Origin: an uncultured archaeon
GTDB taxonomy: Archaea > Thermoplasmatota > Thermoplasmata > Thermoplasmatales > Thermoplasmataceae
Assembly (NCBI GenBank): GCA_000965745.1
Contig: CP009479.1
Span: 1,664,001-1,728,000, forward strand
Direction: 5' to 3'
DNA: 64,000 bases
Shown: positions 29,092 through 37,743 of the stretch, in pieces
Numbering within the stretch: position 1 is the stretch's first letter
Layout of the letters: each line of letters starts with the position of its first letter
Notes under the pieces: model-generated
Seen by the model: only the letters and a program-made list of their open reading frames with translations
What the model was told of the DNA's origin: nothing
Databases searched by the model: none
Made by a program: the position numbers and the translations under genes

Positions 29092-30155
29092 ATCTTTCGG
29101 TAGAAATTCCAACATACAATGAAGCAGAAAACATAGGCAAGCTCATTGATGAGCTCGAGAGGCTGCCGATCGATCTGGAAATCATTGTAATAGATGACAG
29201 CAGCCCGGATGGCACTTCACAGGTCGTAGAAGACCTGAAAGATAAGTACAGCAATCTCAAGCTGGTCGTCAGGCCGAGCAAGAAGGGCCTTGCATCAGCT
29301 ATTCTCGAGGGAATGCAGGTAGCAGAATCTGACAATATAGCCGTGATGGACGGTGACATGCAGCATCCTCCTGACCTTCTGGAAGAGATGCTTACCAGGA
29401 TCAGAAATGGAAACGACCTGGTGATAGCATCAAGGTATACAAGCGGTGGAAACCCGGGCAAACTGAGCCTGACAAGAAAGCTTATCTCCAAGAGCGCGAC
29501 TCTTATGGCACATGTGATGCTGCGCGAGACAAAGATTGTGAAGGACCCGCTATCGGGGTATTTCGTTTTCAGAAAAGATGTGGTAAACGGGGCAAATATC
29601 AGCCCGACAGGTTATAAAATTCTGCTGGAAGTCCTCATGAAGGGTCACGCAAACAAAATGGAGGAAATCCCATACACCTTCAGGCCCAGATTCATGGGAA
29701 GCAGCAAACTCTCGATCTGGGAGGATCTGAACTACATCCACCTGATCCTCAAACTTGCAGAATACAGGCCACTGAAATTCGTAATAGTCGGCGTCACTGG
29801 AGTAATCATAAACGTGGGAATACTCGGGCTGCTTCACACCCTTGGGATAAGCATCCCAATAGCGGGTGCGGTTTCCATTGAGTCTTCCATACTCTCAAAT
29901 TTCGCGGTAAATAACGCCTGGACTTTCAGGAACAAGAAGGATGGCGGCCTTATATCCAGGCTTCTTAAGTACAACCTTGTAACACTTCTTGGAGCGGTTA
30001 TCAACTATGCGGCATTGAACGCCCTGGTTCTCCTGTCAGTGCATTATATATTCGCGGACCTCATAGGAATCGCCCTTGGTTTTCTTGCCAACTATCTGGG
30101 GAGCGAACTCTTTGTGTGGTCGCCTATGGGATCTAAAAAGAAGCATGAGAACTGA
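29085..30155 (+). CDS. Dolichol-phosphate mannosyltransferase-like GT2 fused to a GtrA domain; probable CTG start
   Basis: The conserved N-terminus (VEIPTYNEAENI, IDDSSPDGT) lies upstream of tracked ATG 29313; CTG 29085 is 5 nt after GAGGTG; MDGDMQHPP, ASRY, C-terminal GtrA TMs. Confidence 0.9.
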   Translation: MVDLSVEIPTYNEAENIGKLIDELERLPIDLEIIVIDDSSPDGTSQVVEDLKDKYSNLKLVVRPSKKGLASAILEGMQVAESDNIAVMDGDMQHPPDLLEEMLTRIRNGNDLVIASRYTSGGNPGKLSLTRKLISKSATLMAHVMLRETKIVKDPLSGYFVFRKDVVNGANISPTGYKILLEVLMKGHANKMEEIPYTFRPRFMGSSKLSIWEDLNYIHLILKLAEYRPLKFVIVGVTGVIINVGILGLLHTLGISIPIAGAVSIESSILSNFAVNNAWTFRNKKDGGLISRLLKYNLVTLLGAVINYAALNALVLLSVHYIFADLIGIALGFLANYLGSELFVWSPMGSKKKHEN

Positions 30156-31058
30156 TTATTCTCCCCCTTTGCCGACTATCCCTATGTATTTGTCCTCAAG
30201 ATCGTCGTAACTCGTCACTTCATCGACGTTCCAGCCGCTTTCAACAAGGTACTTGACAACGGAGTGATTCTCTGTGCCGGTTGATTTTCTTATTATCAGC
30301 CTGCCCCCTTCAGTCCTGTATTCCTGAACAAAAGGACTGTTAATTACCATATTCTCCGGCACTTTGGATACCCGGACAGTGATGATGTCGCTTCTTCTTA
30401 CTGCCCTGGAATCGTAAGCCAGTTTACCGCCGTTTATGATGGTGACTCTATCACACACATCCCTTGCCTCATTCAGGAGGTGGGTGCTGAGGATAACTAT
30501 GTGCCTCTCTTCCCGCGATATTTTGCTGATTATGTCCCTGATCTCCTTCATCCCCTTTGGATCGAGGCTAGTTGTTGGCTCGTCCAGAACCAGTATTTCC
30601 GGGTCGCATGCCATTGCGGCAGCTATACCGAGCCTCTGTTTCATGCCCCTCGAGTAGTTGCCCGTCCTTCTGTGAAGATATCCTTTTATTGAAGTCATTT
30701 CCGCGACCCTCCTTATCTCGTCCTCACAGTCGCTGGAGTCCATCCCCCTGATTCTGCATACGAACCTGAGCGACTCATACCCGGTAAGATACGGATAGAA
30801 TTCCGGCTGTTCAATGAGTGACCCCACATCTTTCAGCACATTTTTAGGATCGTTGGCCACACTCCTTCCATTTATGAGGATCTTCCCGGAACTCGGCCTC
30901 ATAATGCCGGTGATTAGTTTCAGCAGGGTCGTCTTTCCCGCCCCGTTGGGGCCAAGTATCCCCATGACCATTGGCTCATCAATATCCAAAGAAACATCGT
31001 CCAGTGCCTTAAGGGACCCGAAACGCTTTGACACCGAGGAGATGCTGATTGACACCAT
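30156..31058 (-). CDS. ABC transporter ATP-binding protein
   Basis: GPNGAGKT, YSRGMKQR, LDEPT, STHLL. Confidence 0.95.
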   Translation of the reverse strand: MVSISISSVSKRFGSLKALDDVSLDIDEPMVMGILGPNGAGKTTLLKLITGIMRPSSGKILINGRSVANDPKNVLKDVGSLIEQPEFYPYLTGYESLRFVCRIRGMDSSDCEDEIRRVAEMTSIKGYLHRRTGNYSRGMKQRLGIAAAMACDPEILVLDEPTTSLDPKGMKEIRDIISKISREERHIVILSTHLLNEARDVCDRVTIINGGKLAYDSRAVRRSDIITVRVSKVPENMVINSPFVQEYRTEGGRLIIRKSTGTENHSVVKYLVESGWNVDEVTSYDDLEDKYIGIVGKGGE

Positions 31059-31894
31059 CAGTGGACCTCCCTTCTTTCAAATACAAAGAGTGCAGCAACA
31101 AACCCAATCACCGTGTAAAGCAGCATCACAAATGATGATGTGAGCACCTCATGGATTCCCGCGGGAGTTATGGATCCGGCTGAGGAGAAATTGCTGGTGG
31201 ATACGTTTATGAAGACACGCTGAACAATGCTGGACGCATTGCTGAGGAGGAAGAACGCGTTGTAGCTGTAAAGAAGCTGCAAGAGAATTTCCACAACGTT
31301 GAAGACGAGGAAATAGATGATAAATACGGTGATGTAAGCGTACAGGTTCTTGCTGAAGATACTGCTGATAAGGAAGGTCAGGGAAGTAAGCGAAAGAATG
31401 AAGAGTATAAGCAGCCCGTAGGAGATGTAAAAACGCGGGAACGGGAAAGCATGGAACTCTATTCCGAGGACAGCTGCCTCAAAAGCTATGTAGATTGAGG
31501 TAACTACAAGAGTCACAGCGAAGGCAGCGAGGTACTTTCCACCAAGGAGTGTAAATCTGCCTATCGGCAGGGAAAAAATGTGGTATGAGGTCTTGTTCTC
31601 GATCTCGCTTGATACCGCAGGGGACCCAAAGAATACAGAGGCAAAAACAGGGACGTCCAGAAGGATAAATGCCCAGAGAAACGCGAAAACATTCTCCTTC
31701 TCACTCACAGGAAGGTTCTGAAACTGCGTACCACCCAGGAATGACGGGAGATTGTTGGAATACCTGAAGGACAGGTAGGTCATAAGTGACGAAATAAGCA
31801 GAATAAGTATCAGCATGACATAAAAACTTCTAGATCTGTAATAGTTTGTGAAATAGTGTGTAAAGACTGTAAGAAAACGACCCCTGCCTGCCAT
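31058..31894 (-). CDS. ABC-2 type permease
   Basis: Six TMs, SSEIENKT...LPIGR...GKY, C-terminal FERREV. Confidence 0.85.
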   Translation of the reverse strand: MAGRGRFLTVFTHYFTNYYRSRSFYVMLILILLISSLMTYLSFRYSNNLPSFLGGTQFQNLPVSEKENVFAFLWAFILLDVPVFASVFFGSPAVSSEIENKTSYHIFSLPIGRFTLLGGKYLAAFAVTLVVTSIYIAFEAAVLGIEFHAFPFPRFYISYGLLILFILSLTSLTFLISSIFSKNLYAYITVFIIYFLVFNVVEILLQLLYSYNAFFLLSNASSIVQRVFINVSTSNFSSAGSITPAGIHEVLTSSFVMLLYTVIGFVAALFVFERREVH

Positions 31895-32715
31895 CAGGCA
31901 CCAACCTTGCCAAGGTATTGTGTCACGTAGCCCACAAGTTCGCTCAAGGTATAGTTCCCCGTAACGGTGACCATCAGGCTTCCCGGCTTTGAGCTCACAG
32001 TAACATTGTAGGTTCCGTTTTTAACAAAGTGAAAGGAACCAAGCGACGTATTCCCCGACAGACTGACATAAACGTTGCTGTGGCCATCAGAAATGTTTCC
32101 GGTTATGTAATTAACAGAAGAGAGGTTCTTCGGTTTTACATAAAAGCTGTAGTTGCTTGTTCCATCAAGATATGAAGTGGCCACAGATGAAAAGGTGTTT
32201 CCTGAACCTGCAGAACTTATGGAATCTTTGACCGCGCCAAGATTCCCGATGACCATGCCTGCTGTTCCGGCATTGGCAGCGAACAGTGTGCTGTTGTTTC
32301 CGGGAAGCGATTGTGACACAATTGCCAGGATTGAATTATTAAGCGTGAAGCCTGAAGAACCGAGTGATGAAATGCTGAAGTTGGATACGCTGTAAACAGT
32401 TTGAGACATGTAAGAGGTGTAAGGGGTGATCTGCAAAGGGCTGCTGGAATTTGCATAAGTTGCATTTGCAAACAGTTCGATCTCATTTATGGTGAATGGA
32501 AGGACCGCACCTGCAGAACCGTTTGAAACGAATAGGTATATGGCTGTGGAATTCAAGTGGGCTTCTGCCACTACCTCCGAGTGAAGTGGAACATAACTGA
32601 AGGGATTCGCTTCAGACTGAGAGGAAGTGTATTGGGAAGCAAGCAGGTATGTTGCTGGCACAACAATCGCGACTGCAGCCACTATGACAATTATCTTTGT
32701 TAGCAGCGGGTTCAT
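31894..32715 (-). CDS. Membrane-anchored secreted hypothetical protein (first gene of the ABC operon)
   Basis: N-terminal TM, Ser/Asn/Thr-rich body, coupled to the permease. Confidence 0.7.
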   Translation of the reverse strand: MNPLLTKIIVIVAAVAIVVPATYLLASQYTSSQSEANPFSYVPLHSEVVAEAHLNSTAIYLFVSNGSAGAVLPFTINEIELFANATYANSSSPLQITPYTSYMSQTVYSVSNFSISSLGSSGFTLNNSILAIVSQSLPGNNSTLFAANAGTAGMVIGNLGAVKDSISSAGSGNTFSSVATSYLDGTSNYSFYVKPKNLSSVNYITGNISDGHSNVYVSLSGNTSLGSFHFVKNGTYNVTVSSKPGSLMVTVTGNYTLSELVGYVTQYLGKVGA

Positions 32716-32752
32716 GGAATCCAATCAGAAACAGGTACTTAAACCGGACGAT

Positions 32753-34120
32753 TTATGCCGCAGACGCGCCAGAAACCATCAGGTCTGAGATTTTATCAAA
32801 ATCCCAGCTTCCGGAGATTTTGCTTTTCCCAAAATTGAGGTCTCCCAGGTACCCCTTTTCCATCATCATCCGTACAATATGGACTGCGTAGGCTGGGGCA
32901 CCAGTTGCCCCCGGAGAGTTGTAATTGAGGATATGCACAGACCTTTTGCCGAATTCAACTATGGCCTCAGGCACAAATCCGGACTTGTCGATAAGCGACC
33001 CCCTTACACCTGAAAAACCCCTGCTGGAAAGAAATCCTGTCTCGATTCCGGGAATGAACTCTCTGACCCTTCTCGCCATTTCTGACTTATAGAATGAACT
33101 TTTCCACTCCGATGATACCAGCGATACAAATTCTCTGTTGAAAACCAGGTTCAGCTTTGGCCTGATGGGCCTTTCCATGAGTGAGGACAATATGTTGCCG
33201 TCTGCAGGAGAGATTCCTTCATACACTTCCGGCCCTCCAACCAGAACTGCGTTTGGCCCGATCTCCTTCAAGCCATTCGCCCTGCTAATGAAATGGGGAT
33301 CAAGAAACGGGTATTTCGTATGGCGTGGAACGGAATATATATTCCTGCTGATTAGCCCGCCGTATTCCGGCACTACCCTCCAGTATTCCCCCCTGAAGAA
33401 AAGAACAGAGTAGTTGGCTGCATAACCCATTCCATGTGCAATTTTGAGGGCAGACCCGCCAGCGGCATTCATGACTAAACCGGCGGATATTCCGGTCGTC
33501 CTGCCATTGATGATGCATTTGATCAAGCAGCCGTCGCTATTCTCTTCTATTGCCAAAACCTCTGCGTTGCTGGTAATTAATGATTTGCTGTTTCCCGACC
33601 TCATGAAGAGCGCTTTTGTCAGGGCACCAAATTCGGTTGAAACATCCGTCTTTGAATAGAATGCTCCATCACACTTCACTTCCGGCTCTATTCCAGAAAC
33701 CTGTTCGCCTGTAAGTATGGAAAAATCATCACTGGAAAGCCCGTTCTGCAATGACCATTCGGAGTATCTTTCAAGTGCCTTCATATCCTCCTCTGACTTC
33801 GCAACTTCTATGGTGCCGCATTCCAGCCATGGAGACCCGGATGCGTGTGCAAGCTCCTTCCACAGTGAGTATGAAATCCCAGCTGATCTGGCCTGTACAC
33901 GCTTCCTGGACGGATCAAGATAGAAAGGGCGGTGAATGACCCCGGTGTTCCTGGAAGATGTGTGAACTGCAACATCGCTCTCTTTCTCAATCAGGATAAC
34001 ACTCTCTTCACGTAGAGATGTGATCCAGTGGTAAAGAGATGCTCCGAGGACGCCCCCGCCTATTATTGCAATATCGTATCTTTTTTCTTCTGTCACGGAG
34101 CTGGTCAACTTAAGCACCAC
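32753..34120 (-). CDS. FAD-dependent oxidoreductase, L-2-hydroxyglutarate oxidase (LhgO)-like
   Basis: IIGGGVLG, IEKE, HTSSRNTGVIH, FRGEY, PFLDPH, IGPNA, NSPGATGAPA. Confidence 0.85.
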   Translation of the reverse strand: MVLKLTSSVTEEKRYDIAIIGGGVLGASLYHWITSLREESVILIEKESDVAVHTSSRNTGVIHRPFYLDPSRKRVQARSAGISYSLWKELAHASGSPWLECGTIEVAKSEEDMKALERYSEWSLQNGLSSDDFSILTGEQVSGIEPEVKCDGAFYSKTDVSTEFGALTKALFMRSGNSKSLITSNAEVLAIEENSDGCLIKCIINGRTTGISAGLVMNAAGGSALKIAHGMGYAANYSVLFFRGEYWRVVPEYGGLISRNIYSVPRHTKYPFLDPHFISRANGLKEIGPNAVLVGGPEVYEGISPADGNILSSLMERPIRPKLNLVFNREFVSLVSSEWKSSFYKSEMARRVREFIPGIETGFLSSRGFSGVRGSLIDKSGFVPEAIVEFGKRSVHILNYNSPGATGAPAYAVHIVRMMMEKGYLGDLNFGKSKISGSWDFDKISDLMVSGASAA

Positions 34121-34184
34121 AAGCCGTCTGGCATATAGAATATGCCAATCCAGTTATCAATATTCCGCCGCAGGCAGGGGGCTG

Positions 34185-35339
34185 CTATGCCGAAATGTAC
34201 AGTTTAGTCGGGGAGAACTCGTAGTGACCAAGGACTTCATTAGCGGTTAATCTGCCTGATGCGGTCCTGAGGGTGAGCTCGTGAAGTTTTACTGCAGCCT
34301 CGTCCAGGTTGAACTCGAAACGCAGGAGCCCGGATATGTCAAGGTCTATGTGTTCAGACATTGTCAGGGCAGTTTTCGGGTTAGCAGTTATCTTGACGAC
34401 TGGCTCAATCGGGTTTCCCACTATATTGCCCTGTCCAGTGGTAAACAGGTGAACAACAGCCCCAGCTGCTGAAAAAAGGGTTACGCATTCAGCAGCGGCA
34501 GAGGATGAATTCATGAAATTCAGCCCTTTCCTGGTTGGCTCATCCGCGTAATCAAGAACATCAACTATAGGAAGATTTCCTGCTTTCTGTATGTTCCCAA
34601 GCGCCTTTTCTTCTATTGTGGTCAGTCCACCCTTAATGTTTCCCTGTGTGGGCTGTGAACCTAAAAGATCAGCACCTTCCCTTCTAATTTCTTCCTGGTA
34701 CCTGTTGAAAATATCCATGAACTTATCTCTGATTGACGGGTCTGCTATCCTCTCCGCAAGAATATTCTCGGCACCGGTGATCTCGGAGGTTTCCCCGAAA
34801 ATAAGGGTAGCACCCTGATCCTTCAGTATTTCAAACGTCCTTCCAACCGTGGGGTTGGACGCAAGCCCGGAGGTTGTATCACTCTCACCGCACTTCGTGC
34901 TGATTACAAGGTCTGCGACATCCTGCTCTTTCTTTACAATATCAGATGCATCCTGAACCATTTCCTTTGCCCACCTGGAAGCTTTCTCAACAACCTTCAG
35001 GTCTCCTTTCCCCTCTATTCCGATAGCTTCCACGTGCTTGCCGGTTTGCGAAATACTGTCAGCTATCCTCTGTGTCCAATTGTCTTCAATGCCTATTACA
35101 ATAGCAGAGGCAACATTCGGGTTTCTTCCCATTCCACCCAGTGTTTTGAAAAGGAGTTCAAGGTCCCTGCCGAACTGCAACCTCCCGTAAGGGTGTGGGA
35201 TTGCCCTTGTTCCGGATATGTGCTTTTCCACATTCTGTGCAGCAGCGTTTGATATGTCATCAACAGGTATAATCAGCACGTGATTCCTGACACCGACTCT
35301 TCCATTCTCCCTCTCATACCCTAAAAATGAATGGTTCAG
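34185..35339 (-). CDS. suyB: (2R)-sulfolactate sulfo-lyase beta subunit (UxaA/GarD family); probable CTG start
   Basis: FLGYERENGRVGVRNHVLIIPVDD (upstream of the tracked start), PHPYGRLQFG.DLEL, TKCGESDTTSG, SSSAAAE, TMSEHID, C-terminal LYISA closely follow SuyB; CTG 35339 is 5 nt after GAGGTG. Confidence 0.8.
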   Translation of the reverse strand: MNHSFLGYERENGRVGVRNHVLIIPVDDISNAAAQNVEKHISGTRAIPHPYGRLQFGRDLELLFKTLGGMGRNPNVASAIVIGIEDNWTQRIADSISQTGKHVEAIGIEGKGDLKVVEKASRWAKEMVQDASDIVKKEQDVADLVISTKCGESDTTSGLASNPTVGRTFEILKDQGATLIFGETSEITGAENILAERIADPSIRDKFMDIFNRYQEEIRREGADLLGSQPTQGNIKGGLTTIEEKALGNIQKAGNLPIVDVLDYADEPTRKGLNFMNSSSAAAECVTLFSAAGAVVHLFTTGQGNIVGNPIEPVVKITANPKTALTMSEHIDLDISGLLRFEFNLDEAAVKLHELTLRTASGRLTANEVLGHYEFSPTKLYISA

Positions 35340-35340
35340 A

Positions 35341-35634
35341 TTACCACCTCATGGACTTAATGTTATGCGTGTGGACATGGTTTCCCGGCTGTATTTCATG
35401 AATCGCCCTTCCAATCTCCTGGCCATACTCAATTACAGGCTGGTCGCCGGAAATTCTTGTTATGGACAATTTGTGCCCAAGCGGAATTCCTTCACTCACC
35501 TCAACAGTCAGGGTTGCTCCAACATCCAGGTACTTACCCTGGGCAGTTGTGCCCTTCTCAAGATCGACAGTAGCCACCCCGACATGATCACGGGAGTTAT
35601 GCACAAGAAATACAACATTTTCCATGATGATCAT
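35341..35634 (-). CDS. suyA: SAF-domain small subunit, sulfolactate sulfo-lyase alpha
   Basis: FLVH...DHVGVA, IPLGHK, YGQEIG, HVHTHNIKSMRW; directly upstream of suyB; start 35634 or 35625. Confidence 0.75.
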   Translation of the reverse strand: MIIMENVVFLVHNSRDHVGVATVDLEKGTTAQGKYLDVGATLTVEVSEGIPLGHKLSITRISGDQPVIEYGQEIGRAIHEIQPGNHVHTHNIKSMRW

Positions 35635-35966
35635 ATTTATAATTTTAAATGGTATTAAAACTTATTTTAACGTGACTTACTAAATATTTCTAAAATCAAA
35701 AAGGTTAATAGCTTGTTGAACGGTTCAGAAGCAGGAATATTGAGGATTATCTTAAATTTCACATATTGATATTATAAGTTATTTGACCAACTCATTCATC
35801 CGTTCTTACCCGCTGATGTACAGTTCGATTTTCGGTATGGCTGAAAAATAACATAAACCTTGGTTTTTTCTGATTATGCATTATATCAGGTCCAACCGAA
35901 ATTGCTATTTATTGTATATATTTCTAAAAGTGATATTTTAAATAATGAGTATGAAATAATCAACCA
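35635..35966. promoter_or_regulatory. AT-rich divergent promoter region between suyAB and the GntR gene
   Basis: Non-coding and AT-rich, with TATA-like boxes near both starts. Confidence 0.55.
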
Positions 35967-36623
35967 ATGGAAAACAAGAGTACACTCACTGAAGCAGCGT
36001 ACAGACACATATTTGAAGGTATCGTTACCGGAAAGTACAGGGTGGGTCAAACACTAAGCATCGACAAACTATCTGCAACACTCAACATGAGCAAAACTCC
36101 CATAAGAGAGGCACTCGTGGAACTCGAGGGGGAAGGCCTGGTTTACAGGAGAAGCAGGTACTACAACGTTATGTATCTGTCAAAGGAAGACGTCATTGAC
36201 CTGTATGAAACTAGAATCATACTCGAGGCTGAGGCTGCAAGGCTCTCCTCACTGAGGGCCACGGATCAGCAGATCGAGGATATGAGAAGCACACTTAAAG
36301 TGATAAACGATTTGACAAACCAGGAAAACCCCGACCCGTTGCTTTTAACAGAAATGAATGGGAAGTTTCACTGGCTGATCGCATCATCCTGCGGAAATAA
36401 GACGATAGCAAAATACTGCACTGACATACGGTTACGGCTTAAAGCCGTCCGGACAAGCCTCTTCACCAGCATGGACAGGAGGGAGGATGAAATCAGGGAA
36501 CATGAACACATCTTCAAGGCCATTGAGAAGAGAGACGCCGATGAGGCTGTCAAAAGAATGCTCCAACATGAGAGGAACGTGATGAAATTCGTGGACAGGG
36601 TAGTTCTTCCAGAATTATTCTGA
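35967..36623 (+). CDS. GntR/FadR (FCD) family transcriptional regulator
   Basis: wHTH MSKTPIREALVELEGEGLV; FCD motifs NGKFH, EHEHI. Confidence 0.92.
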   Translation: MENKSTLTEAAYRHIFEGIVTGKYRVGQTLSIDKLSATLNMSKTPIREALVELEGEGLVYRRSRYYNVMYLSKEDVIDLYETRIILEAEAARLSSLRATDQQIEDMRSTLKVINDLTNQENPDPLLLTEMNGKFHWLIASSCGNKTIAKYCTDIRLRLKAVRTSLFTSMDRREDEIREHEHIFKAIEKRDADEAVKRMLQHERNVMKFVDRVVLPELF

Positions 36624-36719
36624 TTCCTGTTTATTTCTTCCTTATAAAATAAGAATTCATGTTTTCCATGATCATGCATCGATAAGGTTTAATCCTATTT
36701 TCGCTAGGTACATGTAATA

Positions 36720-37700
36720 ATGGATGCTGTGGAGTACCTTACCGGACGAAGGCTTAAGATGCACGAAGTCTACACCAGTGAGATTTCGATCTCCTTCTGT
36801 GCATCTGCAAGAATTCCCGGTAAGAGCCTATTGGACTCCCTAAGAAGCATTAATATAATAGCAAATGAAACAGGCTTCCCGTATGAAATTATACTTGTAT
36901 CTCCCCCCGGAAACAAGCAGATTCGCGACTCACTAAAGTCCATACTCTCTGATCTGGACAATTTCTACATCCTGAAGCAGAACACAAGCAGCAACGGACA
37001 TGCTATGAGGATGGGCTTTGAGTCCAGTTCAAACAGGTTCTTCATTCCATTCAATGCAGACCTAGTTTATGACATTCGTTACGCAGACCTCATTCATTCT
37101 TTTCTGATGAAGAGGGAGAAGAAACTGTTTCTCTCGGAACTCCCGGTTATTCACAGAGATCTGATAACTGATGTTGGGGGATACCGTGATCTTTCGCATG
37201 GACACGACATAGACCTGTACAGCAGGATCGCGATGATGTATGGTGTTGTTGCCTATCCTGCCATGTTCAACAGGATCCCACTGGTTTCACCCCCTCCCAG
37301 CGAAGATACTCTGCCAGGCACATATGGCAGGGGCCACTCCAGCATCCGGATGCTCATGGATCATATAATTGCCTGCAACTATGACGTTGATGACCTTATG
37401 GTCCTGTACACGGAAGGCAGGGGCCAGGAGAGATTGACCATGCGTATCTACTTTTCAATTCTCTATGCGATATCCAGGATCTCCAGGGTAAAACCATACA
37501 GGTTCGATCGGAACAATTACCTGATCCTGATGGAGAATGTTTTTGAATCTCTGGTATTGAAGGACTTTGCAAGATACGGGATGGAGGATGTGAAAGCCAA
37601 CATGATGCTGACAAAGGAGGAAATCAACTACCTCAAGGCCAGAAGCAGGCTTTACAGGGACGTTATCTACTCGATCAACCAGTACGTTATTGAGGTATGA
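36720..37700 (+). CDS. Divergent GT-A/GT2-like protein
   Basis: YEIILVS, FNADLVY (DxD-like), VGGYRDL...DIDLYSR. Confidence 0.55.
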   Translation: MDAVEYLTGRRLKMHEVYTSEISISFCASARIPGKSLLDSLRSINIIANETGFPYEIILVSPPGNKQIRDSLKSILSDLDNFYILKQNTSSNGHAMRMGFESSSNRFFIPFNADLVYDIRYADLIHSFLMKREKKLFLSELPVIHRDLITDVGGYRDLSHGHDIDLYSRIAMMYGVVAYPAMFNRIPLVSPPPSEDTLPGTYGRGHSSIRMLMDHIIACNYDVDDLMVLYTEGRGQERLTMRIYFSILYAISRISRVKPYRFDRNNYLILMENVFESLVLKDFARYGMEDVKANMMLTKEEINYLKARSRLYRDVIYSINQYVIEV

Positions 37701-37743
37701 CCCGGGGCCTTTAATCCATTTTTTAAAGAAAAATAATAATAAT

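Noticed and set aside
34185-35634. Annotation as altronate/galactarate dehydratase (uxaA/garD)
   Set aside because: Same family, but the split architecture and motifs (PVDD.SNAA, YGRLQFG.DLEL, KCGESDTTSG, terminal RW and LY.SA) fit SuyAB better; kept only as an alternative
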